Origin: Octopus vulgaris
Lineage: Eukaryota
Assembly: GCA_951406725.2 (NCBI GenBank)
Contig: OX597814.1
Location: 127,472,001 to 127,536,000, forward strand
Reading direction: 5' to 3'
Length of the DNA stretch: 64,000 nt
A program made the translations under genes and the position numbers. Positions within the stretch are counted from its first letter, which is position 1. Each line of letters starts with the position of its first letter. Below, piece by piece: positions 1-13,478 of the stretch. The notes beneath the pieces were generated by a model that saw only the letters and a program-made list of their open reading frames with translations, ran no database searches and was not told the DNA's origin.

Positions 1-543
1 TGGTTGTGATAGCAGTGACACAATATTGCTGCTACAATTTCTACTGGTTTTACTGGTGACTATGAGGGGATGAGGATGATGATGTTAGTGATACTGGTGA
101 TTACTGTGTTGGTGTTGGTTATGGTGGTAATGATGATGATGATAACAATAACAGGAAAAATTAGCAGTAGATCTTAAATGAAAGATAGTGGCAGCTGTAA
201 ATATCAATGGTCAGACTAGTATTACAAGACTGGTTAAACTTTTCATAACTATCATTCTAACAAGAAGACTATGTGTTTCAGTTAGTCTCAATTATAATCA
301 AAATTTTGAAGGCATTTAACACCAAAATAAAACAAAAAAAAAAATTTGTAACTGGATGTATGGATATGGAATTCCCTTTGTAGCTGCATGGTCCCAAGTT
401 CTATCTCACTATGTGGCGGCTTGAGCAAGTTTCTTAGATTCTTCTACTATTGCATCAAACTGATGAATGGAAACAATATGAAAACACATTATATACATAT
501 ATATATAGTGCATATATAGATAGATAGATAGATAGATAGATAG

Positions 544-769
544 TCTTTTAGTCTTTTACTTGTTTCAGTCATTTGACTGTGGCCATGCTGGAACACTACC
601 TTTAGTCGAATCAAATCGACCCCAAGATTTATTATTTGTAAGCCTAGTACTTATTCTATCGGTCTCTTTTGCTGAACTGCTAAGTTACGGGGACCTAAAC
701 ACACCAGCATCAGTTGTCAAGCGATGTTGAGGGGACAAACACAGATACACGACATACACACACACACAC

Positions 770-846
<77 letters not shown>

Positions 847-1002
847 TTTATATGATGGGCTTCTTTCAGTTTCTGTCTACCAAATCCACCCACAAGGCTT
901 TGGTCAGCCTGAGGATATAGTAGAAGACACTTGCCCAAGGAGCCACGCAGTGGAACTGAATCAGGAACCATGTGGTTGGTAAGCAAGCTACTTACCACAC
1001 AG
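544..1002 (-). mobile_element. tRNA-derived CORE-like SINE (family A)
   Basis: Minus strand reads tRNA-like head, CCTTGGGCAAGTGTCTT CORE-like motif, internal TA/CA microsatellite and (GAGTAAAA)-like tail; matches many other copies in the window. Confidence 0.85.
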
Positions 1003-1621
1003 ATAGTAATACATATGTATATATGTATGCATGTAATGTATATATGTATATGTATATATGTATGTTATATATATATGTGTGTGTATGTATGTATTAATAA
1101 CAGTAAGACACATAGCAATAGAATAAGTAGACAAGCATGGTAGACTGTAAAGCATTTGTTTTAAATAAACATGCATTTAGTCTCACTGTGGAAAAGTAGA
1201 TATGGTTAAATTGCAGGTTTTTCTCTATGATCTCATTCCTAGTCTCAAAGGTAATAGGAGCTTGTAGTATTTATTGTACAGTCAGAACTAAATGTAGAAA
1301 TATTAGTGGAGTAAATGGTTTCTCTAATTTGCACAACAGTTTTAGCATTGGTACATGAATTAATTATTAGAAAAACTACACAGCAATGGGATAAATAGAA
1401 ACATCAAATCAATATGTTATACAAACAAGGCAAACCAATTCAGTTCTGCCCAAGTGTGCATACACTACAAGTAAATATAAGCAATGGGCAACCAATCTCT
1501 GACGAAACTTTAACAAAAACTGAGACTAGTGGCCACAAAGAAAAAGATCTGGTGTTTAATAATGATGTCTACTAAAACATGCTTGTAAGTTTAATTTTCT
1601 ACATATACGTGTGTGTGTGTA

Positions 1622-1798
1622 AATGGCTGAAACTGTAAGGATAATCTGGAAACTTGACTGAGGAGAGACAGCTGTGAATGACCCATCCTTCTTTTTTCCT
1701 GTGTGAATTTTTGTTGTTTTTCTTGTCTGTCTTCATATTGCCTATCTGTCTAGGTGTTTTACAGTTGTCCATTGGGTTTGTGTTCCATTTTTGGATTT
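1622..1798 (+). mobile_element. Short pyrimidine-tailed element related to 42719-43030
   Basis: Shares GCYGAAA...GATRATCYGG...TGACTGARGA...GAATGACCCRTC architecture with 42920-42985; bounded by microsatellites. Confidence 0.45.
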
Positions 1799-1844
1799 AT
1801 ATATACATATAGCAGTGTACATACATTTTGTTCACCTTATTAGT

Positions 1845-1877
1845 AAGTATCTATCAATCTACCTGTCTATCTTCCTG

Positions 1878-1911
<34 letters not shown>

Positions 1912-1912
1912 G

Positions 1913-1943
<31 letters not shown>

Positions 1944-1948
1944 GATCG

Positions 1949-2014
<66 letters not shown>

Positions 2015-2035
2015 ATATATATATATATATATATA
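1845..2035. repeat. (CTAT)n/(TA)n microsatellite
   Basis: Direct reading. Confidence 0.95.
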
Positions 2036-2188
2036 TTCTAGCAAAAACTGTCTGATGAACGGCAACGAGAAACTCAGAGTAACAGATTTTGTTGAATTTT
2101 CTGCTGCTTTAAATAAAGCATATTACTCTACCACTGGTATTTGAGTACTCTTTTTTCCACCTTGTTTCACATTTATGTGTTTACTCCG

Positions 2189-2190
<2 letters not shown>
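2036..2190 (+). mobile_element. ~155-bp hammerhead-bearing short element in (TA)n (family H1)
   Basis: Flanked by (TA)n on both sides; second copy at 26790-26961; contains the HHR motif at 2043-2091. Confidence 0.75.
2043..2091 (+). ncRNA. Type I hammerhead ribozyme motif
   Basis: CTGT[2048]-CTGATGA-ACG GCAA CGA-GAAA-CTC A GAGT-A-ACAG[2085]; stem I extends as CAAAA/TTTTG after a 1x1 mismatch; GUA cleavage triplet. Confidence 0.8.
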
Positions 2191-2236
<46 letters not shown>

Positions 2237-2544
2237 TATCATCATTGTTTTAACGCCCACTTTTCCATGCTTGCATGAGTCAGACAGAAATTGTTAACCC
2301 AGATTTTCTACAACCTGATGCCTTGTCTAACACCAATCGTCACCTGTTTCCAAGGAAAGTAATATTTCCCCATGGTTAGACATGTTTTTTCATGGAAGAC
2401 TGGAAACAAGCAACATTACTTGTGTGAAAGTAATGCTCATTTAAATGCTCATTAACAACCATCACATGATATCAAAACATACAAACAAAAACACTCACAT
2501 GCACGCATGAATGCATGCACACATGTAGACATGCACATACGCAT

Positions 2545-2596
<52 letters not shown>

Positions 2597-2645
2597 CCAC
2601 ATTTCTGTGTCAGAGTGTATGTGCCTAAAATACATAAGCATATAT

Positions 2646-2995
2646 ATACATGGTGCAATGGGTAAATTGTCACCATTTTATATTTTTAATTTTGTGCTTG
2701 CATAGTGTTTGTTTTTGATTTTATCAACTACACAGTATAATAGGGTCAGATGGGCACTGTTTGTGAGAAAAACAGCACCATGACACAATTTTCACTCTGC
2801 CAGAAATTTGGAAACAACATGCTGTACTGCTTGTCATTTGTGCCGGAAGCTCAATACAAACATTTCAGAGTGTTTGGGTGTCAATTTGAGGACAGTGCAG
2901 ATGATTCAGAATGAGTTAAATGAATCTAAGGGTAATTACGAAGGTACGGCAGCCCTGATATGAAAAGAATTCCTGAATTTGTTGGTGAGACCCAC
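2646..2995 (+). mobile_element. 5' fragment of DD37D/maT-type Tc1/mariner element
   Basis: TACATGGTGCAATGGGTAAATTG terminus and ATGACACAATT...CTGCCAGAAATTTGG start homologous to the 18373 end of the element at 17490-18373. Confidence 0.75.
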
Positions 2996-3634
2996 TGGGC
3001 CATTGTGCATCCACATACACACACATATATATATATTTATATATATTATGCATGCACACACGCACACACTCATGCACATGCATCTATATAAATATGTATG
3101 TATAAATATGTACACACATACATATATACATACTTACATATACATATATATGTATACAAACCTAATAAAATTATATTATACTTGAATACCCTTAATATTT
3201 TCATAATTTTATTCCATGACACTCCAACATCACGATAGAGGGAAGAAAATATACAGTTGTAGGTACAAAGGTGAAACAGCTAGAGGTTCAGCTGGAAAGT
3301 GAAATAGTCAGAATACCAGAGCAAGTTTTAGAATTCTCAGTTGAAATGTGATAGTGTTTTGAGAGGAGTGTTATCTCCAAATGCATTGCAGCTGGCTTCC
3401 ATGTTATCAGCTGAGAAACTCTACCTGGAAGCAGACAACTTCAGTATTATAACATAGCTGTAGTAGGAATGTTTGCTTAATGTGGACACACATCACTTCT
3501 GGTCAATAAACCATACAAATGTCTGCTGTGACACAGAGTCTACTGTGACACGGTCTTCTATGATATAGTTTCTCATGACTTATATTTAGAGTATTTTAGA
3601 AATATCAGTTTATTGCACACCCCTCATTCATTGG

Positions 3635-4170
3635 GCAAACTTTGCTTGCAAAGACATATTGAGGCAAGTGAAATCAAAATCACTGACATGGCCAATGACA
3701 GTACTGCCTGATTGGCACTCATGTTAGCGGAACTTTAAAAGCACAGCTGAGCGTGATCATTACCAGGGCCACGGATTGGCTCCCATGCTGGTGGCACGTA
3801 AAAAGCTCCATTCAAGCGTGATTGTTGCCAATGTCGCCAGCACATGAAAACCAACATTCAAACATGGTCATTGCTAGTGCTACTGCACTGGCTCCTGTCA
3901 GGTAGCATGTAAAAAACATCTTTTGAGCATGGTCGTTGCCAGAACTGACTGACTGGCTCTCATGCCAGTGACATGTAAAAGCACCCACTACACTCTTGGA
4001 GTGGTCGGCGTTAGGAAGGGCATCCAGCTGTAGAAACTTTGCCAGATCAGATTGAGCCTGGTGCAGTCCTCAGATTGAGCCTGTGGCTCACCAGTCCTCA
4101 ATCAAACCATCCAACCCATGCCAGCATGGAAAGCAGACGTTAAACGACTATGATGATGATGATGATGATG
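3635..4170 (+). mobile_element. RTE LINE 3'UTR stub
   Basis: ~60-bp subrepeats, CACCCACTACAC...GAAGGGCATCCAGCTGTAGAAAC core, (GAT)n tail. Confidence 0.85.
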
Positions 4171-4239
4171 CACTTACTAAATATGTCACTCACTTTTTAA
4201 TATTATGCCCTGTCTCTCCAAGATACGCTCCATCTAACA

Positions 4240-4545
4240 TGATAAATGAAATCTACCATCACATACAACCTGCTATGAAACACATAACACACAATGCATT
4301 GTGACACGATTCTCTGCCAAGCCACACACCCAACCATATTACATAGTACAACCTCTACCATGATACATACAGTCTGTCATGACAGTCTCTGCTATAGCAC
4401 ACAACCTACTACGAGATATTGTTGACCATGATGCACAGTCTCTACCATGGCATGTAGCCTGCCATGACACACAGCCCACCATAAGATACAGCTTACTAAG
4501 ACACACGTTCTATACCAAGACACACAGCCTACCATGACATAAATA
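4240..4545. repeat. Degenerate ~20-bp minisatellite (CTACCATGACACACAG-like)
   Basis: Recurring ctaccatgaca/cacagcc units. Confidence 0.55.
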
Positions 4546-5809
4546 CGCTCTATCGTTACTCACCATCTCCTGTGAATAACTGACGGTTTGCCATGAATAA
4601 TGCAATGATCCCTTTCATCATCTTTTTTAAGTCACCCTCCACCATAGGCCTTGCACTAACCTTTCTCTCCTAAACATCACCGCTCATGTTTTTCCTACAG
4701 GTATTGACTTGCAGTGTCTTTAAGATGGACATAAATGGCATCAATTCAGTAGTCTTTGACAGCCCCTTCTTAAAAAGGACTTGTTTGCTAGATGAAAGTA
4801 ACGTACATCTGTTTTTTCTCCATTTTCAGCCAAATTTTTGATAAAGCTCTGTGTTGCAATATTCAAAATGAGATCTCACCATTATTTTGAAGAGTGTTAG
4901 CTGCACGATTTTTGTCAGTCATTCTTTACTTTCAATGCAGGAACATTATTATATGCAATTTCTTATCAATGATCATGCACAAATATTTCTCAGTGGCTCC
5001 AAATGCATGATCTTTCAGAAAATAAGAACAATTAAATGCAAAACTAACTACCATTACTTAGACAAAAATAGTTTATTCAAATCTGACATCTTTGCACTCC
5101 AACTATCATTCACAGTGTTAAATATAAAGACATTGGAAAATAATTTGCACATATTTTCAACAATCTTTTATATATGAAACCAACAAACAAGATGGGACTT
5201 AACATAGAACTTTGTGAGATGCTATTTCTTGCTTTCAAGATGCTATTTCTTGCTGTCAGCACAAACATTTTACCTTCTTTTACAAGAAATTTACAGTTCT
5301 TTTCCTAAGGCTTGCTCTATAATTTCTTAAGTTTTAAGAGCTTATGCAATTTTGTAACGTGTGGTTCTTCCCATATTGCAAATAGAATGCTGTTGAGGAT
5401 AGGAAGATGGTTGCTAAGAACAACAACTAATTTTCACAGTAACCATGGATGCCATCCAACTTGACCTTAGTGCTTTATTTATGAATAAGACTCTCGGTTT
5501 TGTAAAGACCACATTTTTTGTGATGCCGAGAGCAAGCAATGGATACCCTTAAAAATATGTTGTGGTTGAGGTCAGAAAGATTGTACCACCATATGGGAAT
5601 ACACTACTGAAGAATGTGTAAAGTGAAGATAGTATTTTTCTTCTAGAGAGACAATCTTGAGTCCCTTGGTTAAGTTTCCTCGTATTTTGAAGAGAATTTA
5701 ACTTTGTCATAGCATTGAAAGTCATAGCAATATTTTCTTTTGACATGTTCTTGTCAACAATACTTTTTGATGATACTCAGTTTGATAATGTTACAATTCA
5801 TATATAAAT

Positions 5810-6160
5810 CATCATCATCATCGTTTAACATTCGCTTTCCATGCTAGCATGGGTTGGACGATTTGACTGAGGTCTGGCGAACCAGATGGCTGCACCAGAC
5901 TCCAATCTGATCTGGCAGAGTTTCTACAGCTGGATGTCCTTCCTAACGCCAACCACTCCGAGTGTGTAGTGTGTACTTTTACATGCCACCGGCATGAGGG
6001 CCAGTCAGTCAGTACTGGCAATGGCCCTGCTCAAATAGTGCTTTTTATGTGCCACCTGCATAGGAGCCAGTCCAGCGGCACTGGCAACAACCTTGCTTGA
6101 ATGTTTTTTTCACGTGCTACCAGCACAGGTGCTAGTAAGGCGACGCAGGTAACGATCACG
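5810..6160 (-). mobile_element. RTE LINE 3'UTR stub
   Basis: (CAT)n then reverse complement of the conserved RTE tail. Confidence 0.85.
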
Positions 6161-6412
6161 TGTTAGCCGAGTTACAAGTTTTGATTACTATTTTCATAGT
6201 GAGTCACTATGAATGCCTCTACCCTGTCACCTGATCGGCCAGAAATAGCAACTAAATCTTCCTCTTTCACATTATATTATTGTACAAATAAAGAATGTGT
6301 GATCCTCAATGTATAAAAGAATTGAATTGTCTTAGTTTTGATCATGATTGGGCAGACCATGATCTGCTCAAGCATGGCTGATCTAGGGCCAAATTATAAC
6401 TATTACAACTTC

Positions 6413-6807
6413 TACCAACCACATGGTTCTGCATTCAGTCCCACTGCGTGGCACCTTGAGCAAGTGTCTTCTACTATAGCCTTGGGCCGACCAAAGCCTT
6501 GTGAGTGGATTTGGTAGACGGAAACTGAAAGAAGCCCTTTGTATATATGTATATATATGTATGTGTGTGTGTATATGTTTGTATGTCTGAGTTTGTCCCC
6601 CCACCACCACCACCAACATCGCTTGACAACCGATGCTGGTGTGTTTACGTCCCTGTAACTTAATGGTTCGGCAAAAGAGACCAATAGAATAAGTACTAGG
6701 CTTACAAAGAATAAGTCCTGGGGTCGATTTGCTCGACTAAAGGTGGTGCTCCAACATGGCCACAGTCAAATGACTAAACAAGTAAAAGAGTGAAGAGAGT
6801 AAAGAGT
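6413..6807 (+). mobile_element. CORE-like SINE family A, head truncated
   Basis: B-box region, CCTTGAGCAAGTGTCTT, GAGTAAA tail. Confidence 0.85.
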
Positions 6808-7308
6808 ATCTACAGAGTCATGAAGAACTTACAATAAACATCACTAAAAATTGTAGTTCATTCATTTTCCCAGTTGATTCTTGAAACTCTGGTGTCTTAT
6901 GGCTGCATAATCTGATTTGAAGCAATTAAGATAGTTGACAGAACCATTTTCTGTAGAATATCATTAATGACTGCCACTTTCAACATAGAAAGCTGTTGCT
7001 TTAATTCTGTAAATATCTCAGACTTCATTCATTAGAGTAATATTTAAGAGACTGAATGTTTGCAACCATCCTGTTGAGGTTTGGTTCACTAATATGTTAG
7101 CAAAGATAAGAATCATCAAGAGCAGAAATAAAAATCTTTAAATGTACAAGGTTATCAGGTACAGAATCATTGATTCAGTCAATTCCCTTGTTAATATCTT
7201 AAGTAGTTTGCCTTCTGCTTTAAAGTTTGTGATAATTTTAACATCTTTGGAAAACAATTTCTTCACAAAGAGAACAACTTCTTTAATGCCAGAGACTCTA
7301 AAATCTTA

Positions 7309-7681
7309 TACAGTAATCTCTTGACTATCACAGGTGTTATATTCCAAACCCTCCTGCGATCGCGATCGGTGAAAATCTGCAAAGTAGAAACAGTACTGTA
7401 CTGTATATTTTTTTTAATTATTTTTACAATTTGTATATATTTATTTTGTTATAAATGCAGAACAACACCATGGAAGAATCAACATAAGCTTAAATAATAA
7501 GCCATGATGGGTGAGCTATGATAGGTGAACCACAATATATGAACTGCAATATATGAACTGCAATAGGTGAACTACGATATGTGAACCACAATAGGTGAGC
7601 TGTAATAGGTGAACCGCAATAGGTGAACCATGATAGGTGAACCACAATAGGTGAACCGCGATATGGTGAGGGATTACTGTA
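7309..7681. mobile_element. pogo/Tigger-like MITE with internal 14-bp tandem array
   Basis: TA-CAGTAATCTCT / AGGGATTACTG-TA termini; ATAGGTGAACCRCR x~11 at 7505-7663. Confidence 0.75.
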
Positions 7682-7886
7682 TTCTGTTATTAAAGCTTAC
7701 ATAAGTGGCACCTTGAGCAAGTATCTTTTCATATAGTCCCATGCCAACCAATGCTCTGTGAGTGAATTTCATAAATGGAAACTGTGTGGGATCCTATCAT
7801 GTGTATGTATGTGTGAGTGTGTGTGTATGTGTGAATGTGTGTGCTCATATTTGTGCAAGTGTCTTTGTGTTTGTGCAAGTTTATTT

Positions 7887-8805
7887 TTTACTCTGTCGAT
7901 AGAGACAGTCTCTTTTTTCCTGTTAATGTCCACAGTGAACATTTTCGGTGTGCTTCTAAAAATGCGATAGGGTCAAGTGTAGGGAAATGTGAGTGGTCCC
8001 TTGATGGCATCATTTCTTACAAACATGTGAGTCCAAGTAGAAATATCTGGAGGTACTGTAGAAGAAATAAACTGGTCATGAGGAAGCATCGGTGGCAGGT
8101 CAGTGAAGGTTGACCTGAGTTGCGTGACGTAAGATGTGGGATCCACATTTGGTAAGTCGATGGGTGCCAACATTTGTCCTGGAAGTGCTAAGGTGGTGCC
8201 ATACAGGAGCTCAGAAGAGAAGTAGCCTAAATTCTCCTTGACAGCTGAGCGGCACCCCAGCAGAACAATGGGGAGAAACTCAGACCAACAATGAGGTTCG
8301 GGAGCTGTATGAATAGCGGCTTTGAGCTGGCAGTAGAATCATACCACCATTCTGCTTACGGCGGGATGGTAACTTGTGATGTGGATGTGCTGAACTCCAA
8401 GCAATCTCAAAAGTTCACAGAACTGACAAGCTTCAAATTGGAATCCATGATCAGTAGTAATTCTAGAGGGTACTCCAAAGTGAGATATCCATCCGAAGAT
8501 GAGTGCTCTGATGACTGTTTCTGCGGAAATGTCTACAAGGAGGATGGTATCAGGCCTTCTGGAGAAGTGGTCGATGCAGGTTAATATGTAAGTAAATACA
8601 TACCTGACCAGCCAAGGACCAACCAGGTTGATGTGTATGTGATGGAACCTGGTGTCTGGTGGCTAGAAGGGCCCAAGAGGTGCTCTCACGTGACAATGCA
8701 CCTTGGAACACTGACATGGTAGACAGGTACGTGATCAAGCAGTAATAGACCAACCCATATTTGACCAGAAAAAGTGGGCCAAGATAAGCTTTACTGTGGC
8801 TCCAA
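7887..8805 (-). pseudogene. Gypsy LTR-retrotransposon integrase remnant
   Basis: TCLPCQ zinc finger, HIHINLVGP, ITTDHGFQFE, TSYHPA, ELLYG, GPLTFPYT*PY and VSIDRVK motifs with stops/frameshifts. Confidence 0.85.
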
Positions 8806-10260
8806 GGTTCTCTGTAATTACAATAAATAGTTCTTTGTGTGTAGAAAACACCTTCTTTGCAGAATAAAACAGTTCTTAATTGTAATCCAAGTCAGATGAA
8901 CAACTGCAGAGTCAAACAGAACTGTAGCAAAACTTGAGCCTGGGTTGCTACAGATATGGACTTCAAAAAAGCCATGTCTCTTTCTTATATAAGGCTGAGT
9001 TATCAGCCAATCAGAGGATAGTTTTCATGTGATAGGCTCTCCAGAGTTTTCTAGACTGTAGTTTGATTCACACATTCCTTCAAATAGTTGTTTTAATGAC
9101 TGCATGCTCTTGACCGTTCTTTATTCTCTGCCGTAGCAGAGAATAAAGAAAAATTGATTAACATAACGTAAATTTAATCATATTAATTTTACCAGTTAGT
9201 GAATGTTTACTTAAGCTATGGGCAATGTCCCTCCTCCTCAAACTAATTATATAAAATGTAGAAGTAAATAGAAGCAGGTAACTAAAGAAAAGATATTTAA
9301 TCCTTTTGATGCTATCCTACCTAAGACAGTTCCTTCCTGATTCAAGATGATCTAAATTTGCACTTTCCATCCAAATTTTATGTTATTTTGTCCTAAACAC
9401 CAGATTATTTATGATAAGATTATACCACTAAATTCTTCATTACTTTCAAAAAATAACTGAAACAAAATCAGTGTGTTCCAACAGAGACTTAGTAAAGAAA
9501 GGGTAAACAAACTGCTCCAAAACCATCTTACTTTTAGCATAGTTTGACAAAAATATAACACAACAAAGAAAAATATCTTTTTTTTTATGTATTTGATGAT
9601 ACATGAAAGTTCTATATTTTGGAAGAGAGTAAAAGAAAGATGCAATGTTCATGCATTGCTCAAAAATATTTGCAGAACAAGGGAAACGATATAGTTCTCA
9701 TTCGGATTCAAAATAGCATTGTGCGTTCAACAAAACCACACCCAACCGCTTCCTCTATGGCAATTACAGAGAATTTATAACTTTGCTTCAAGGCTACAAA
9801 TTTTACCAATAAATGTTTGTGGATTTGATCTTAGTTCAAAGAAATCTATAAATGCAAAACTATGGTATTTAAAGATAGCAAGCAAAACCATGAAATAAAC
9901 CAATAAACCACTTGCAAATTACACATGAGAAGATGTGGTTAATAGTTATGTAGAGAATTGTGAATTTGACTAAAATAAACAAGTGTAGCAGTAAAAAGTG
10001 GCTTTATTCACATTTTCTATTGATCAAAAACCTGGTTTAATTGTGACAAGCTACTATTGACCATAATAAAATGTACATATGATATGAGGTTTCATTTTCA
10101 ACATCATCAAGTGATTAATACATACAAAAACAATGAATACTGAAGAGTGTTACATGAAAACGCTTAATATATAGAAGTTAATGCAGCATTCTGCAATTCT
10201 GCAATTCTGCAAATTTGTTGATGAGTATGGTTTGTGTGTATGTGTGTAAGTGCTTGTATA

Positions 10261-10666
10261 CTCTTTACTCTTTTTACTTGTTTCAGTCATTTGACTGTAG
10301 CCATGCTGGAGCACTGCCTTTAATTGAGCAAATTGACCCCAGGACTTATTTTTTATAAGCCTAGTACTTATTCTATCAGTCTCTTTTGCCGAACCACTAA
10401 GTTACAGGGACGTAAACACACCAGCATCGATTGTCAAACGATGTTGGGGGGGGGGACAAACACAGACACACACATACACACACACACACACACACATATA
10501 TACGATGGGCTTCTTTCAGTTTCCATCTACCAAATCCCCTCACAAGGTTTTGGTCGGCCCGAAGCTATAGTAGAAGACACTTGCCCAAGGTGCCACGCAG
10601 TGGGACTGAGCCTGGAACCATGTGGTTGGTAAGAAAGCTACTTACCACACAGCCACTCCTGCGCCT
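10261..10666 (-). mobile_element. CORE-like SINE family A, full length
   Basis: AGGCGCAGGAGTGGCTGTGTGG head (A box), GGCTCAGTCCC (B box-like), CORE-like motif, tail. Confidence 0.9.
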
Positions 10667-11009
10667 ATATGTATATATCATCATCATCATCAGCAGCAGC
10701 AGCAGCATTATTTGATTTGTCCTCCAAGCTAGCATGGCTTGAATGGTAATAGGATCCAACAAGCCAGAGAGGATTGTGTCAAGCTTCAGTGTCTGTTTTG
10801 GTACGCATTCTACAGCTGGCGACCATTTCTAACATCATTCACTTTATAGAGTGTACTGGATGCTTTTTCCATGACATGCACAGGTGAGGTCACCAAGTAA
10901 CTCACAAGACAAATAAAAGCCCCTTGACTGAGTGGGGTTTTGGCTAAGAGGGAAATGGATTTATTCCAGATGTAAAGAGGCTACATTATGATTGAGGGAT
11001 AAGCAGTCT

Positions 11010-12990
11010 ACTAACTTAAACAGTCTACTAACTTTAGGGAACCTTCTGGATATCTAAGAAAATCTATTCACCCTATGTTCTAAATGTTTATTACTCCTGC
11101 ACATCTGCTACACACAAACTCTACTTTCTCTGTTAACCTTCCTATGATTCCACTGCAGCTCTCATGATATGCACTTTCTGACAAGTTGTGGTGCACCTAA
11201 GCACTGTATACAATAATTTCATTATATATTATATATTCCATAGTTTGTCCTCAGCACACTGTATGGAATTTCTACCCACAACATTCCTACATACCAAGCA
11301 GAATCATTTTCCTAAACGGATTAGAATTCAAACTGTTTTCCTGCTGACAAGAACTTTGGACTTGGCTAATTTAACTTTAAGGCCCTTTGATTCCAGGTTT
11401 TGCTTTGACATCCAGAATTTCAATTTTAATCCAACCTCAGATTCTGCTATCAGAACATAGTCATCGGCATATATAATTCATGAGGACATCTAGCCTTAAA
11501 TTCATTTGTTATGGGCTGGTGGAGACTATGATGAATAGGAGAGGTCTGAAAATTGAACTCTGGTGAAGCTATCTGAACTCTAAATTTAGTGCAGTACTTA
11601 CTAACTCTAACCTTATTGACAGTACACTGGTATATTGTCTGTATGGTTCTCACAAGTCATCCATCTACCTCTTGCTCCATCAGGGACTACCAGATCACAA
11701 AGCAAGGGATCTGTTGAAGGCTTTCTCTAGATCAATGAATGCCAGGTACAGTAGTTTACTCTTAGCTAAATACTTCTTCTGCAGAGGACATTGGTAGAAC
11801 TGCTTCTCAGCACAAAACCAAACTGCATCTGTTTCTAATTAATTAGGCTGTGACTCTCTTTGTAACTTTCATGATTTGGTATATCAGTAATTACTTCTAT
11901 CTAAAGCATCTCCTTTATCCTTGTAAAAGTTGACTATAATTCTGCTATGCTAGTCATTAGTGATAATACCTTTCTGTACAACCTGATTAACTATATGGGT
12001 GACTAGCTTGTATCCTGGAAGCAGCTCAGTGGTGATTCCTGATTGACTAGGTGCTTTCCCCTGTTTTCATACCCTTAATTGCTTTATCTGTCATACTGCT
12101 GTCAACTAGAACAGATGGTCCCTCTGTTGCATTCATGTTGAGAAGACCTCTTTCCCTCATGCATTCTCCACATTTAATAGCCTTTCATGGTAGCACTTCC
12201 ACGATTCTTTCTTTCCAGAATCACTTAGTGCAAGCATACCATTGTCTATCTACACACTCTTCCCATCCACAACATTTCACTTCTCTCTGATCTTATAACA
12301 GAGAACATCTCATACCTCCAGTCTTCACATTGTAGAACATTGGCAATCTTTTCTGCTTCTCCCCTTACTATTTGTTGCCTAGCTTCTCTTCAAGTTACTT
12401 GGTATAATTCTCTAGCTACCTTGTATAACACCCCATTCTTCTAGGCTTGTCTCTTCACTTTTATGGCTTTGCTTACTCCACTGTTCCACCACCATGTTGC
12501 TCTCATGTTTCCTAAGACTGGTCAAAGTTTGATTATCCTATCTCACACTCTGATTTCCTTGGTAACCTTCTCTTCTCTGAGAACAGAAAAAAATATGAGA
12601 TGGAGTGTGTAATGAAAGATTTAAGACAACGAACGCTAAAATAAGAACAATAATAAAACTGAAATAAAGAATGAAAATTGGCAAAAAAATAAATAAATGA
12701 CCATCCCAAAATATAACAATATCTGTTTCAAACACGATTTCACATCAGGAATCTTACAAAATAAATACATAAACATAACTTCTCTACCCATTTCTCAACC
12801 AAAAGTATACATACACCTTCTACATCATCACTATTGCCTACCCAGAAGAAATTATATCTATGTTCCTTGCTCATGAAAAGTATAACTGAGGCCATCTTAT
12901 CTCTTGCACAGAGCACACATCCACACACCTCTGCTCTAGAATTTCAACAATCTCAACTAGATCTATCTTTCATTGCACCTACATTGATTA
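11010..12990 (-). pseudogene. Old, decayed RTE LINE (APE-RT fragments)
   Basis: Minus strand encodes QNLESKGLKVKLAKSKVLVSRK and GVCILLVEKWVEK; RT part is homologous to the 51494-53991 element. Confidence 0.75.
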
Positions 12991-13397
12991 TGGCTCTTCT
13001 AGGGTTGTGGACTGGACAGGAAGAGTGAGTGGATAGCATCTGAAAACAAAAAGATTTGTGTGAACATTTGCCTGAAGATAGTTGGTGCTTGCACATGTCT
13101 AAATAATTATTATAAGTATTACTGTTCAATGACTTACTATATCTCCCTAATCTTGAAATCCTCGGGCTCCAAACAAAAGAAAAGCCTATACTTAGACTTA
13201 GAAATTCTTACTCAAGTGGAGAAAGGTACATTGCCATTCATGTCAAGAATGATTAACAATGCTGAGTGTCTGCATACACTGTAGATATATTTTACATGTA
13301 TGAGGACAACGTATGAGTGTTAATATATATATATATGTATATATATAAATCTATAAATCTGTATCTATCTATATATATATATCTGTCTGCCTGTTTG

Positions 13398-13478
<81 letters not shown>

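Larger units (their letters stand above)
4700..7305 (-). pseudogene. Decayed CR1/L2-type LINE ORF2 (APE + RT), interrupted by younger insertions
   Basis: Minus-strand translations by eye: FISALDDSYLC*HISEP (APE), GWHPWLL*KL (GIHPRLLKEL-like), ISQSSMLSPILF (VPQGSVLGPxLF-like), MVRSHFEYC (LVRPHLEYC-like). Confidence 0.6.

Noticed and set aside
5460-5746. GPCR-like hydrophobic reading on the minus strand
   Set aside because: Adjacent frames give CR1/L2 RT motifs, which explain the region better
8985-9012. CCAAT plus TATA-like pair next to the Gypsy remnant
   Set aside because: No second LTR, PBS or PPT identifiable; short motifs are expected by chance in AT-rich DNA
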